A DNA stretch of 64,000 nucleotides from Chiloscyllium plagiosum. Taxonomy: Eukaryota. The stretch's first letter is position 1, and each line of letters begins with the position of its first letter. The stretch covers positions 5,968,175 to 6,032,174 of the forward strand of contig NC_057728.1 in the NCBI RefSeq assembly GCF_004010195.1, given 5' to 3'. Below are positions 1 through 15,100 of the stretch, piece by piece. Below the pieces are notes generated by a model. It made no database searches and was not told the DNA's origin. It saw only the letters and a list, made by a program, of their open reading frames with translations. The translations under genes were made by a program, and so were the position numbers.

Positions 1-150
1 CCAATGTCACATTGAGATGGACGGTCGTCCCAATACCCGGGACTGAGATTCTCAACTACCAAGTGAACACAAACTGCACAAACCACACCAACGGGATCAT
101 CCAGCTACAAACTCACCAACCTGGAAACACCACCAGTTTAGTTCTTACCG
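1..150 (+). CDS. Exon A1 (5'-truncated by window): N-half of FN3 domain 1
   Basis: [49 protein letters not shown]; donor G|gtgggt at 151; paralogous to 39328-39522. Confidence 0.9.
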
Positions 151-3100
151 GTGGGTATCTCAGATCTTACTGAGACTTCTCTGTCCTCAGAGACTGCTTA
201 GCACATTGTCATCTGCTTTCAAGAAAGGAAAAGTAATGATCTGGCCTGTGAAACCTGCTTTAACCATTGTGAGGCATCTGCCTCTTCTCCCACCCCTCCG
301 CCCCTCACTTTCTTTTGATTTAAAGATATTGACTTTTACTAGATCGTAAAAGCAAAGGATGAATTAGGCAAATTAACCGCATGAACCTGCTCTGCCATTT
401 AATACTTTCAAGGGTAGTCTCAGACATTTGTCCTGCTCCTGTTGACTGCACAAAGAAACCCCTTGTATCCAGCAGTAAATTTGCAGCATTTGCTGGTGTT
501 CAACCAAAGTTGGTCATCACTGCCGAGCCCGATCCCTGTTCAGCATCTCCATACAGAGAATCAGAAGGGATGAGTTAGATGGACACGGGATAGCCTCAAA
601 GTTGGGAGGAAGGGCACGGCTTGTGCTGAGTTTTGGGATTCGAGTTTAAAAGGGAGATGAGAGAGTAACGCATCCTGGGCATTGAAGATCTACTTCAGAG
701 ACATTCACCGAACAAGTGTCTTCAGGGACTGAGTTCTGGTTTTCTTTATTGTTAGAGACGCCTGTCTACCAGGTTGTTTTGCTGGCTGCGATCATTTAAC
801 ATTCCAATAGGCTGAAGCACACACCCTTTGAGATTAGATTAGATTAGATTAGATTACTTACAGCGTGGAGACAGGCCCTTCGGCCCAACAAGTCCACACC
901 GACCCGCCGAAGCGCAACCCATCCAGACCCATTCCCCTACATTTACCCCTTCACCCAACACTAGGGGCAATTTAGCATGGCCAATTCACCTAACCTGCAC
1001 ATCTTTGGACTGTGGGAGGAAACCGGAGCACCCGGAGGAAACCCACGCAGACACGGGGAGAATGTGCAGACACGGGGAGAATGTGCAAACTCCACACAGT
1101 CAGTCGCCTGAGGCGGGAATCGAACCCAGGTCTCTGGCGCTGTGAGGCAGCAGTGCTAACCACTGTGCCACCGTGACAATCTTCTCAATGAAATAGCAAT
1201 TAAATTAACAGAAACACACACTGAGAATAACTTAGTAATAAGAACTAATTATATTTATGTAGTCCAGTACCATTGTAAAATATATCAAGATGTTTCATAT
1301 GAATATCATATCATAGAATCACTGCAGTGTGGAAGCAGGCCATTTGGCCCATCAAGTCCACACCGACCCTCTGAAGAGCATCCAGCAACGCCCTCCCCCC
1401 AACCCTATCCCTATAACCCTGCATTTCCCATGGCCCATCCACCTAACCAGCACATCTTTGGACCTGCACACATGGGAGGAAACCGGAGCACGCAGAGGAA
1501 ACCCACACAGACAAGGGGGGAATGCGCAAACTCCACACGTTCACCCAAAGGTAGAATCAAACCTAGGTCCGTGGCACTGTGAGGCTGCAGTGCTAATCAC
1601 TGAGCCACCATGCTGCTCCATACGGACAGTTTAGGGAGGGAATTCCATGGCTAATGCCAAGGTAGCTTAAGGTGGTGACAAAATGAAAATTGGAGATGCT
1701 GAAGAGTCTGATTTGAAGGAATCCATGACGATTAGAATATTTTGGACCAGAGAAAACGATAGTGGTAGAGCAGATCAATGCCAAGAGAAAATTAAAAATA
1801 AGGCCGTAAATTTTAAAAATTGAATTATTACTGGATGTGTTTTGCTGGGATAGGTCCACAAATGTGGGGGATGATGGGTGAAAAAGACTGAGCACAGTGA
1901 GTAGAGTTTTGAATGGGCTCCAGTTTAAGAGGATATAATCTGGTCAAAGGAGCAGGGAGCAGGAATAGAGCTTTGGTCATTCCAAATTTGTGTCAATTCT
2001 CCATTGCAACCAATTCAATCACTTAGATACATAAGAAACTCACAGGGGTATTAATGGAAGTTATTTTTTGCAATTTTAGTATGTAGTCTCATTGACTAAT
2101 GTGACTGAAATTCCAGGTCTGGGCTCCCTATCACTGTGTACCACTGTGATCCAGGTAAACACCTCCTCTGATGGCCTGGTGACCACTCAGCCTTTTACCT
2201 TCAGGACCTACTCTGGTGAGCATTTTCAATTCTCTTCTTTTGTTCCTTGTTCCACAATGACCAGTCATGTGTTCGCGAACAAGTCGCCATAATTCAAGCC
2301 AGTATTTGGAAACAACTTGATGCAAAGTAACTTATTGACAGTTCTCTTCAGGGCTAATTGGACCAAGAGCAAAGCTGTCCTCTGGTTGTTTTATAAAAGT
2401 AATACCAGAAACATTGCAGGATAGCCTCCTTTCAATGGTGCACTATTAATGAGCTGACACTTGGTCAAGAACTGAAGAAAACGTCCCTCAAGATGAGGAA
2501 CTTAAATGATCCTGCAAGTGATATTGGAAATACTGAGAGAAAAAGCAGACTATTAGTTGAACTGGATGAGAGAACTGTAAAACTAATGACTTTAGCGATG
2601 CATTGAGTCAGTCCCATTCTCACCATGTGGTATCATATCAATGTACTATCAGCTCATTGACCAAGTATCATTCTTTGTTCTAGTTCTAATGTTCAGAACA
2701 GGATTGTTGAAAATTCGGTTAGAAACAGGAATGTTTCAGGATTATTAATAATAAGAACAGATTAAAAAATATGGAAAACGTGAGGACTGCAGATGCTGGA
2801 GAATCAGAGTCGAAGAGTGTGGTGCTGGAAAAGCACAGCCAGTCAGGCAGCATCCGAGGAGCAGGAGAGTCGATGTTTCAGGCATAAGCCCTTGCCCGAA
2901 ATGTCGATTCTCCTGCTGCTCACATGTGCTTTTCCAGCACCACACTCTTCGAGATTAAAAAATGTGCAGAATGCAATGGTTCATGAGCTAAGGAAGGCTT
3001 CCCATCTGAGATGAGTAGTCATCAAACTCTTACAACCTGTTTAACAGAGTCAGTCAGCTGTTCAACTGCAAACTAAGGGAAGAAACCAGAACACCTGAGG

Positions 3101-6100
3101 CTCAATGATCATTCCCTCCTTTTCTCCACAGCTTGAGTATACTAATCTCAGCTAAAGATGTGAAATTGTCAGCAGAGTTAAGGAAAGACAATTATATCAG
3201 CCTGAGTTTTCTACCATCACCTCTTCCCACTCCTTGCTTTATCGACTGAGAGTAGATTGTTAAGAGCTGATAGGTTCATGCCTGCCCCTGCTACCTCCCT
3301 ATTGGTGAACAGTGGAGTGGATCTTGAGATCATGCCTGCGTAATACTGGGGTGAAGTGGATCATCTGCTCTTGAATCCTGTAGAACATATTAACATAGGA
3401 AAAACAAGAAAATGAATTTGAGACAAGCTATCATTTCTACTTGGTTTTAAAAGCCATCTAGCAAATTGCAATTTACATTTTATCCATGAGCATTTTCTGC
3501 TGATATTTCATAATACTCTTAAGGTTAATGTATCTTTAATGTTTTTTCTCTTTTGGATAATGATTCCAGAATCTCTGAGTTTGACCTCCATCTCCACCAC
3601 CAGTGCTGTGATCTCCTGGGTCCCTCTTGGGAGTGAGAGTGCTCGGAGGGGCTGCAGTCTGAGCTACTACAGCATTGGGAGCCCCGACACTGTCCACACT
3701 GTCAGCCTCGTCCCAGTCAGTACAGAGGCAGTGATCACAGGTAAGATGGGAAGTCAACTGGCCTTCGTCTCTGTGGACAAGCATTGACGTTCTGTAAAAA
3801 TTCACAGAACATTGAAAAAAATCTTGTACTTTTCAAGATTTTGGACTATCCCGAGGTGTTCAGCTCTTGATTAAAAATGGGGTGTATGTATGTGTGTATG
3901 AGAGAGGGTCTGTGTGAGTGAATGAGTATGTAACAGTGTGTGTTTGTATAGTGTAGTTGGGTCACCTGTAGTGTGACATGAACCCTGGTTGAGGCCAACT
4001 CCATGGGTACCATATTAATGAACCAAAACCTGCAACCCATTCTGAAAGATGAAAGACTGAACAGCAATCTAGGCTTGTTCAATATATCATTTTAATTGCA
4101 TGACACCGCTATGAATTCTGTGTCTTATGATCCTGCCCCACTAGTCACCTGATGAAGGAACAGCGCTCCAAAAGCTAGTGCTTCCAAATACACCTGTAGG
4201 ACTATAACCTTGTGTGATTTTTAACTTGGTCCACCCCAGTCCAACACTGGCACCTCTACATCATAACACTTAATTAGTTTGCTGTAAAATGCACTCCCTA
4301 TTGTAAATCAGGAAATGTATCCAATCATTGTTGCACACCAAGCTGCTGTGGTTCTGTTCGCCGAGCTGGAAGTTTTTGTTGCAAACGTTTTGTCCCCTGT
4401 CTAGGTGACATCCTCAGTGCTTGGGAGCCTCCTGCGAAGGGCTTCTGTGGTGTTTCCTCCGGCATTTATAGTGGCCTGTCCCTGCCGCTTCCAGTTGTCA
4501 GTTTCAGCTGTCCGCTGTAGTGGCCGGTATATTGGGTCCAGGTCTATGTGTTTGTTGATGGAGTTTGTGGATGAGTGCCATGCTTCTAGGAATTCCCTGG
4601 CTGTTCTTTGTTTCGCTTGCCCTATAATGGTAGTGTTGTCCCAGTCAAATTCATGTTGCTTGTCGTCTACGTGTGTGGCTATTAGGGATAGCTGGTCGTG
4701 TCGTTTCGTGGCTAGTTGATGTTTGTGGATGCGGATCGTTAGCTGTTTTCCTGTTTGTCCTATATAGTGTTTTGTGCAGTCCTTGCATGGGATTTTGTAC
4801 ACTACATTAGTTTTGCTCATGCTGGGTATCGGGTCCTTCGTTCTGGTGAGTTGTTGTCTGAGTGTGGCTGTTGGTTTGTGTGCTGTTATAAGTCCTAGTG
4901 GTCGCAGTAGTCTGGCTGTCATTTCAGAGATGTTCTTGATGTATTGCAAATAACCTCCGTCTCCATTTCCCGACTCCCTTCCCAGCCCCTCCCCCTCTCT
5001 TCCACTCCACTTTGCCACCAACCGGATTCATTCCTCCCATTGACCAACCAGGTTGTACACTCTGCTTGTCTTCACCTATCCCCATTTCATCACTTTGTCC
5101 CCCCTTTATCTGCAGCTCCCCTTACACCCACTCCCACTCCTGAAGAAGGGTTGCACCCGAAATGTGGACTTCTCCTCCTGATGCTGCCTGGCTTGCTATG
5201 TTCTTCCAGCCTCCTGTTTGTCTACTTTGGATTCCAGCATCTGTATTTTGTTAGTCTCTAACTTGTATGTTAAAGCAGACAGCTCAGTAACATACCTGTG
5301 TCACCTCAGCTCAGAGGTTAGCCCGAGGCTTGTCACTGTCTGGCAATGTGGGTGGAATGCTCTGAAATTACTCTGGGACATCTCACTGGAGGACAGCATT
5401 AACATAAGACCAGTGAGACCATCCACAAACATGGTCATGGCTGATCTGTCTGGGACTGTCTCTATTAAATGGAAGGAGTATTGAGAGTAAAATTAGATAA
5501 CTACGTATCCAACATGGTGAATATTAACTACAGAATTCAGGAACTTGTATGTAACCATGAGTATTTCTTTTCAGGGTTGGAACCAGACGTGACTTACATC
5601 ATGTCCATTGTATGTGACTCTCTGTCTCCCTGGACACTTCGCTCCCAATCGCTAAATGTCACTACTCTCCCAAGTATGTATTTAGACAATGTATTATTGT
5701 TGTGAAATTGGCATTCGTTCACAGCTACAGAACTAAAATGTTTTCCTCAATCTGACTGCGGCTCTGTTTTATTGGCAGCTTCAAGATTCCTCAGCAACAT
5801 ACAGGCTTCCCATATAACCTCATCGACTGCTATGATTGCCTGGGACGTACACACTTCAGCCGCTGCCCTGGTTGAGTCCTACTCCATTAGCTATGGTCCT
5901 TATGGCACTGCCAGACCCAAGAAGAACATAATTGCTTTCCCTCCGAATACCAAAGTGATCCTCAATGGTAAAGACAGGGTGACCAATCCTGAGGGCATCA
6001 AGGAAGGGGCACTTTGACCAATGTTGGATGGTGTGGGAGTTGGTTGGCCAGTGCTGCACAAGCTAGTGTTGGGGTTGGAGCTGGGGCTGAGGGATTGGGA

Positions 6101-9100
6101 AAGAGACATAAATGTTCCTCACGGGTAAAGCCAGTCAAAGTGAACTGGTATGTCACAGTGTGATTCTGCAATCTTTTTCCTCAATGATGTCAAATTTGCT
6201 TGCAATTTCCCCTGAGTTGAGGAGAGAAAATCAATATCCTTGATGTTGGATTCAGCTGCAGAGCTCACTTCCATTAGGGTCTAATAGAGTCATTAGATAG
6301 TTCCTACCTTTACAGCTTCTCACTAGGCTATATATATGATTTATTAATTATTATTACAGATTGTTAAAATAACAATCAGTGAAGAAGTAGAGCATTAAGA
6401 GTGATGATGACCTGTGAGTATAGGAGTTAGGAGGTTATGTTGCGGCTATATAGGACATTGGTTCAGCCATTTTTGGTCTCCATGCAATAGGAAAGATGTT
6501 GCGAAACTTGAAAGGGTTCAGAAAAGATTTACAATGATATTGCTGGGATTTGAGGGTTTGATCTATAGGGAGAGGCTGAATAGAATGGGGCTATTTTCCC
6601 TGGAGCGTCGGAAGCTAAGGACCTCGTGGAGGTTTGTGAAATCATGAGGGGCATGGATAGGGTGAATAGTCAAGGTCTTTACCCAAGTGTAAGGGAGTCC
6701 AAAACTAGAGGGCATAGGTTAAAGGTAAAAGGGAAAAGATTTAAAAGGGACCCAAGGGACCATTTTTTTCATGCAGAGACTATTGCATGTGTGAAATGAG
6801 CTGCCAGAGGAAGTGGTGGAGGCTAGTACAATTACACCATTTAAAAGGCATCTGGATGTGTACATGAATAGGAAGGGTTTAAAGAGATATGGAGAAAGTG
6901 AGGTCTGCAGATGCTGGAGATCAGAGCTGAAAATGTGTTGCTGGAAAAGTTCAGCAGGTCAGGCAGCATCCAGGGAACAGGAGAATCGACGTTTCGGGCA
7001 TAAGCCTGAAGAATTCCTGAAGAAGGGCTTATGCCCGAAACATCGATTCTCCTGTTCCCTGGATGCTGCCTGACCTGCTGCGCTGTTCCAGCAACACATT
7101 TTCAGCTCAGTTAAAGAGATATGGGCCAAATACTGACAAATGGGGCATTTCTGTGGATAGGTGTGAACGTGATGGCCGCATTACAATTTTAAACACCATC
7201 CTCATTTCAGACAATGTCTTTGATTACTTGTAAGGCACTGTCCTGGTTTTCAGGGTAGGAGATGGCCCAGTGGTATTATCATTAGACTATCAATCCAGAG
7301 ATCCAGGTAATGTCCTTGGGACCTGGTTCAAATACCACCATGGCAGCTGGTGGAATTTTTCAATTGCAATTGAATTCAATAACAAAATCTGGAATTAAGA
7401 GTTGAGTTATGACTATGAAACCATTGCTGATTGTTAGGAAAATAACCCATCTGGTTCACTAATGTCCTTTAGGGAAGGAAAACTGCCATCCTTGCCTGAC
7501 CTGGCCGACATGTGACTCCAGATCCACAGCAGCAGTGACTCTTAACTGCCCTCTGGGCAATTAACATTGGTCCAACCAGTGACACCCACATCCCATCAAA
7601 GTCAGAAAATAGATCCGATACAGAAGGAGTGGATATTCTTTCAGTGATTGCTCACTGTGACATTAACTCAGTTGAGCCCAAATTCCAGCCACTTAACCTG
7701 ACCTTCCACATTAATAAACTCATTCCCCATCAAAACCCACAATTGAATTTGCTTCTACCACATTTTCAGGCAGTGCATTTCAAATCCTAAACAGACACTG
7801 TGTATAAAAAATGCTTTTATTGATTCTTTTGCTTTAAACCTTCTATCGATGTCTACTTTAAAATTAGATGCAAGTTACCAGGTATCCCATTATTTGCCTT
7901 GAATAGGTCTGAGTGAGTCAACTCCATACGTTGTCATTGTTTCTGTGAAAACTTCCTTTGGAGAAGAGAAGACCAGTTCAACATTATATTTTAAAACCAA
8001 AATGTGTAAGTTTTCCAAAAAATATCACATTGTTAATCATTTTGGGTTGGAAGGAGTTGTGCAATTATGAATGTTTCCTTTGAAGTTCCATTCCTTTGTT
8101 TCCATCGTGAAGATACTGTCCAATATGATTGTCTCAGAACATCTACACACTGGCTCAGCCAGCAGAGCTATAATAAGAAGCTGAATTGAAGCATGTGAGA
8201 GGTATTCAAGCCCTGAAAGGTGTCACACCTTCAAATTCCAATACTAGGTAGAACATGGAACTTTACTAATCTAGTAAAACATGGTCAACAAACATTTTTT
8301 GGTGGGGGGGGGGTATTTTAGGGTTTTCTGTGTGACAACTGAGAAGGTCGTCATGTTCATGTCATGTACAGACTTGCAAAAGACATTTGTTAATGTGGCA
8401 CAGCCTTGCCAGTGTTGTTCAAATCCATGGAATAAAAGGGACAGTAGTGGCTGAGGGACCAAGAGTAGAGAGTAGAGGTGACTTAAGGATTTGATGTGGA
8501 AGAAAATTAATCTGGACTTGACTGACTAAAAATGATGATGTTGGGTAACTATTAGATTGTGTTTACTGTGTATTTTAAGATCTTGCAAACTGCACCATAT
8601 ATTTAGTTAGAAATGTAGAAGCATAGAAAATATGACCAGAAATTGGCCATTCAGCTCTTTAACAGTGTTCCCCTATACATTATGACCATGGCTGGTCATC
8701 CAACTCAGTCCCCTGTTCCCACTTTCTCCCCTTTAGCTCTTAGAACTATATCTAACTCCTTTTAGAAAAGGTTTTGGCCTCTGCTGCTTTTTGTAATGGA
8801 GATAGTTTGTGACTCCTGGATCTGGAGTTCCCAGTCATCAGGAACAGACTTTCTGCATTTGCCCTCTCTAATCCTGTTAGAATGATATAGGTTCCTGAGA
8901 TTTTTCTCAGTCTTTGAAGCTCCAGTGAATATAGTCCTAATTGATTGAGTCTCTCCTCAGTCCTCCATCTCAGGAATAATGTTCTGTCAGATGTTCTTAC
9001 CAGCTGAACGTGCCTCTGAGAGCCACGCATGGCAGCAACGTCTCTCCTGATCGGCATACCGATGCCAATTGCTGTGCACGGCACATCAGAAAGGCTGCAT

Positions 9101-12100
9101 ATATGCGCAGCCTCGGTAGAATGTTGTCGATGAATCAGTCTGGTAAACCCATGTTGCACTGCCTCCAGATAAAGAGATCAAGCCTGCACGTGGTACTCCA
9201 GGTGTGGTCTCACCAAGGCCCTGTACAATTGCAGCAAAATATCCCTACTCCTGTAATCAAATCCTCTCGCAACGAAGGCCAACGTGCCATTTGCTTTCTT
9301 CACCATCTGCTGCACCGTGTGCTTTGATTGTTCTGTTCTTATTTTTGCCTGTATTTTTGCCTTCTGCTTTATTGTCAAAGAAATTCTGTAGCCTTGTGTG
9401 CCTATATTTCAGTGAATGACCGTCATATTAAATAAATGAAGCATGTGGTTTATCGATTCATTCTGAAATCTGACTTGTCCGGCAGTACCATCAGCTGGGG
9501 TCGTAATACTTGACCGTGGCACGGTAGGTTGTGAAGGTGGAGGAATCAGCATACGACATCCTGGGCGTTACATGTAAAGGCATGGAGTACAGAAGGAAGA
9601 GAGATATAAACATTGCTGCTGTTTGCAATTCCAAACACTGCACAATTTTAGGACAGACGTGAAACCTTTAGATCAGATAGAGAAAAGATTTGCAAGGATG
9701 ATTCCAGTGATCAGAGACTTCCGTTAACAGGATGGACTGGAGAAGCTGGTTGTTCTCTTTAGATGAAAAGGTCAGAGGAGATTTGATATAGATGTTTACA
9801 ACCGCGAGCGATGTAGTTGGCCGACATCGGAAAAAAAACATTCCTTTTAGGACACAGATCAAGAACCAGAGACCACAGATGTGAGGTGAATGGAAAAGTC
9901 ATAAAAGGCGACAAGAAGATGGATGCAGTTTGGATCAGGAACACACTGGTCAAGAGTGTGGAGGAGGCAGATTCAATCATGCCCTTAAAAAGGAACTGGA
10001 TAAACACCTGAAATGACAAATATTGGAGGGAAATGGAGAAGAGCAGCCATGAGACTAGCTAAATTGCTCTTAAAGAAAACTCGACAAAAGGAATGGCCAC
10101 CTCTGGGCTGTAACCATTTTAAAATTCTAAACTAGCACAAAGAGAACTGTGTATGCTCCATAGATCACGTGCATGAGAACTGCTTAATATGTTTAAACGA
10201 TACTAGATTTGAGTTTTCCTCCTATAGTTACCTACATTTCCCAGTTGATATTTGATTTTTACAAAGTATAATTTTGCCAGCCTGTACCACAATTGAGAGA
10301 TTCCATTCGGCCTTGTTGTGATTTGTCTAAACCATCTCTTTTGTTTTATTTGCACAGTTATTGACATGTGCCTGAGCAATCCGTGTGGAGCCAATGCCTC
10401 CTGTATCCAGCAGGACGGAAGCTTCAGATGCTCCTGTGGGACTGGCTACACCTGGAATGGATCTGTCTGTACAGGTGTGTGATGGGGATCAGTGAACCCA
10501 GTGGGGAGTGAACTGAACACACTGCTTCCACAGCAGACTGGAGACTGTGTCACGTTCCAAACCAGACTAGGAATCAGTGAGATCTCTGGTTTAGTTTACT
10601 TATGATGAAATCCACCCCATGAAAAGTGACTGTCCTCATGTTTGAACATTCAGATATGAGTAATTGTTGGTGCAGGAACGAAGGTTTCAGGTAAATGGAT
10701 AATTGGGGGTCATTCTGGGAAAGGTGGGACATCTACAAACAGGATTGTCTTCACTTGAACCAGAGGGGTACTAATATCTTGGGTGGGAAATTAGCTGGTG
10801 CTGTTCGGTGGGTTTAAATGAGCTCACAGGGGGATGGGAACCTATGCTATAGTTCCAGTTCACAGGTGGATGACAGTAGGGAGGATATGGACAGGATTTC
10901 AGTCACAGGAGTGTGCTGGCAGACACCAAGCTGGTTTGAAGTGTGTCTACTTCAATGCCAGGATTATCCAGAATAAGGTAGGTGAGCTTGCAGCATGGAT
11001 CGGTACCTGAGACTTCGATGTTGTGGCCATTTCGGAGACACGGATAGAGCAGGGTGAGGAATGGATGTTGCAGGTTCCAGGGTTTAGATCTTTCATTAAG
11101 ATCAGGGAAGGTGGTAAAAGAGGGGGAGGTGTGGCCTTGTTAGTCAAGGACAGTATAACGGTGGCTGAAAGAACTTTTGACAAGGACTCGTCTACTGAGG
11201 TGGTGTGGGCTGAGGTTAGAAACAGGAGAGGAGGGGTCACACTGCTGGGAGTTTTTTATAGGCCTCCGCAGAATTCCAGGGATGCAGAGGAGAGGATTGG
11301 CAAAACGATTCTGGGTAGGAGTGAAAGGCACAGGATGGTCATTATGGGGGACTTTAACTTCCCCAACATTGACTGGAAATGCTATAACCCTAGTACATCA
11401 GATGGATCAGTTTTTTGTCCAATGTGTGCGGGAGGGTTTCCTGACACAGTATGTAGACAGGCCAACGAGACAAAGCCACACTAGATTTGGTACTGGGTAA
11501 TGAACCAGGCCAGGTGTTAGATTTAGTTGTAGGTGAGCACTTTGGAGAGAGTGACTATAATTCAGTTACACAGGTCAAGAGTTATAACTGGGGGAAGGGC
11601 AATTATAATGCGATAAGGCAAGACTTAGGAGCATAGAATGGGGTAGCAAAATGCAGGGAATGAGGACAATCGAAATGTGGAGCTGGTTTAAGGAACAGAT
11701 ATTGCGTGTCCTTGATAGATATGTCCCTGTCAGGCAGAGATGAGGTAAGGGAACCGTGGTTTACTAAAGAAATTGTACCACTTGTTGAGCGGAAGAGGAA
11801 GCCTTATGTGACGTTGAGATGAGATGGTTCAGATGAGATGGTGGAGAGTTACAGATTAGCTCGGAAGGATTTAAAAGGAGAGTTAAGAAGAGCAAGGTGT
11901 GGACATGAGCAGTCTTTAGCAGGTAGAATAAAGGAGAACCCTAAAGCTTTCTATAGGTATGTGAATAAAAGGATGACTAGGGTAGGAATAGGGCCAAACA
12001 AAGACAGAAGTGGGAAGTTGTGTGTGGACTCTATGGAGATCGGAGAGGTGCTAAACGAATATTTCTCATCGGTTTTCACTCAGGAAAAGGAGAATATTGT

Positions 12101-15100
12101 AGAGGAGAAGACTGAGATACAGGCTATTAGACTAGAAAGGATTGAGGTTAGTAAGGAGGAGGTGTTAGCAATTCTAGAAGGTGTAAAAGTAGATAAGTCC
12201 CTGGGCTGGGTGGGATTTATCCGAGGATTCTCTGGGAAGCTAGGGACGAGATGGCAGAGCCTTTGGCCTTGATCTTTGAGTAGTCATTGTCTACAAGTTT
12301 AGTACCAGAGGACTGGAGGATTGAAAATGTTGTGTCCTTCTTGAATAAGGGCAGTAGAGATGACCCAGGTAATTATAGACCAGTGAGCCTTACTTCTGTT
12401 GTAGGAAAGGTTTTGGAAAGGATTATAAGAGATAGGATTTATAGTCAACCTGCAAGCAATAATTTGATTGGAGATAGTCAACATGGTTTTGTCAAGGGCA
12501 GGTCGTGTCTCACAAACCTCATTGAGTTTTTTTTAAGAAGGTGACCGACCAAGCATGTGGATGAGGGTAGGGCAGTTGACGTGGTGTACATGGACTTCAG
12601 TAAAGCCTTTGATAGGGTTCCACATGGTAAGCTTTTGGAGAAAATGCAGAGGCTTGGGGATTAAGGGTGATCTAGCATTTTGGGCTAGAAACTGGCTTTC
12701 TGTAAGAAGGCAGCGAGTGGTTGATGGAAATTATTCAGTCTGGGGTCCGGTTACTACTGGTGTGCCACAAGGATCTGTTTAGGGACCACTGCTGTCTGTG
12801 ATTTTTATAAATGACTTGGACGCAGGTATAGGTGGATGAGTTAGTAAGTTTGCAGATGACACTAATGTCGAAGGAGTGGTGGACAGTGTGGAAGAATGTT
12901 GCATGAGGACTTGGATAAATTGAAGAATTGGGCTGAGAGGTAGCAAATGGAGTTCAATGCAAAGTGTATAAGCCCTGCTAAGATTTGCTTTCCCAAAATG
13001 CAGCTCCTTGCATTTATCTAAATTAAATTCCATCTGCTACTTCTCAGCCCATTGGCCCATCTAGTCAAGATCCCATTGTAATCAGCAAACTTACTAACTA
13101 TAACTCTTATGCTCACATCCAAATTTCCCAGTCTTATGCCTCAAAGCATCAGATCATTTCATTGGTTTTAGTATTGTCAAAGTATCAAATTCAAACATGA
13201 TTGGAGTTTAGTATCTTGGGGCATAATTTAAACTGATTGGCCAAATTTGAATTTGTTTTTTGCCTCATAGCAACCCAGGTACTGCTAGTTGCTGGACCAA
13301 ATTTGACATTGTAAATTCTCCAGCACTCTGTGTGCTTGCTAAGTCCTTCAACTCTCTTGAAGGTACAGTACCCCTTACACCTTCATAACTCATGGCTTCT
13401 GCTTCTGGAAGCTGCTGCTGTCAATGCAGCAGCAAGCTTAGTTCAAGGAAACCTTGCTGAGGAGTGCCATACATACCACCCACTATGATCATGTCACATG
13501 GGCCTGGGGGAAGAAGCTAGGAATTCAGAGTGAGACCTAACATCCAGACCTCCTCATTGCCTTTGTAACAATGTTGATCTTATAAACATAACCTCTAATT
13601 AGTTGCTAACATACAATTAACTAAACCTTGTTAATTATAAGAGTCACTTCTAAGTAGACCAGGGAATGACTTTCCTCTATCACATTTGACTAAGCAGACC
13701 GTTTAGTTTCCTGCATGTTGAGAATTATAGCAGGAGCCTTCGCGTTGAGTAGCAGCCCAGACAGTGTCATGTGCTAGCATGCTTACCAGTCAGGCGCAGG
13801 AACGATTGGTGATTTTCCCTCGCAAGGTTATCAGGTGCAGGCAAAATGTGGACTTGATGCCGCTATCAGATCAGTCATGATCGTACTGAATGGTGAAGCA
13901 GGCTTGAGGGGCTGAATGGCCTCTCTCTGATTTCTATGTTTTCATGTTCACAACCAAGGAGAGCTGAGATAGTTCTATCACTCAACGACTGCCTGAACTG
14001 AGTTCAGTCACTTAATGCAGAACTGGAATGAAAACTAGGAGCATTCTGAGCTGAACATTCAGTGCTACACCATATGGTGCCTTCACAAAAAGGGGGAATC
14101 TGCTTATATAACAGCCATATGGTCCAAGCCAAAATTATGGTTATGTAGAAAGTTTCAGTTTCAAAAGCTGGGGATCCTTCAGCAAACTTTTCCTTTCTTC
14201 CTGATCCCCAGATGTGAATGAATGTGAAAGTGGAAGCCATGACTGTCACAGCTCGGCCTCCTGTTTCAACAGCCCCGGCTCTTTCCAATGTGTGTGTGAG
14301 GCTGGTTACACTGGAGATGGGAGGAACTGTGCAGGTAAGTGATAATGAATCTTCAGATGTTGTCAGTTAGCAACATGGGATTATTTCTTAGAATTTGTTG
14401 ATTTTTTTTTGCCATTTGTAGTCAAACCCCAATCCTGAAGGTTTGGCTATAAGGACTGACTTGTGAAGCTGGTATTCTCCTTTGATCAGAAAAGCTAAGA
14501 ATAGATCTGATTGAGGCATTCAAAACCCTGAGGGATATTGTTTGAGTCAGTAGGCACAAACTATTATCATCACCGAGTAGGGTCTGACAGGGTTAACTGG
14601 GACAAACTGGATCTAGGGAATATATTTTGGTTGTAAGTTAGTTAAGAGATAATTGGGTGAGAACTTCAAATCATCATTTGTGTGGGAGTTTTGTGAAGTG
14701 TAAGTGAAAATGAAACTCTGACCAAAACACTATGTTCCTCAACTTTGTCGAGCTAACCTTTCAACTTCTGGCATTTAACAGTGGTAGCAGAGGATGACTA
14801 GCTATTTACAAGTAAAAGAATGAAAGCTAAGTATTATTCGAACCAAAGAATGATTATGGAGAAAAAAATCACAGACACTAGACAAAATCTAAAGCATTAG
14901 GGAATGATTACCCAGCCCTATTTTCTGAATACAAACCTCATGACTAATAAAAGAATGAAGTAACAGTGTAGACCTGCGTTATTCCTTTAACAAAGAGGAA
15001 ACAAGGTATGGCCCAAGTTTTTCTCACTACCCTACAGATGCAGACGAAGAAACAAAATGTTTTCAGAGTTTGATGTGGATGATACTGCATAAATATGGAT

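Noticed and set aside
8990-9125. Superficial resemblance to a SAM-I riboswitch (GUUCUUA...CAGCAAC...AUGCCAAUUGC)
   Set aside because: Core AUC/GAG, kink-turn and pseudoknot elements are absent. The segment sits in a vertebrate LINE with TIR-like ends, so a MITE explains it better.
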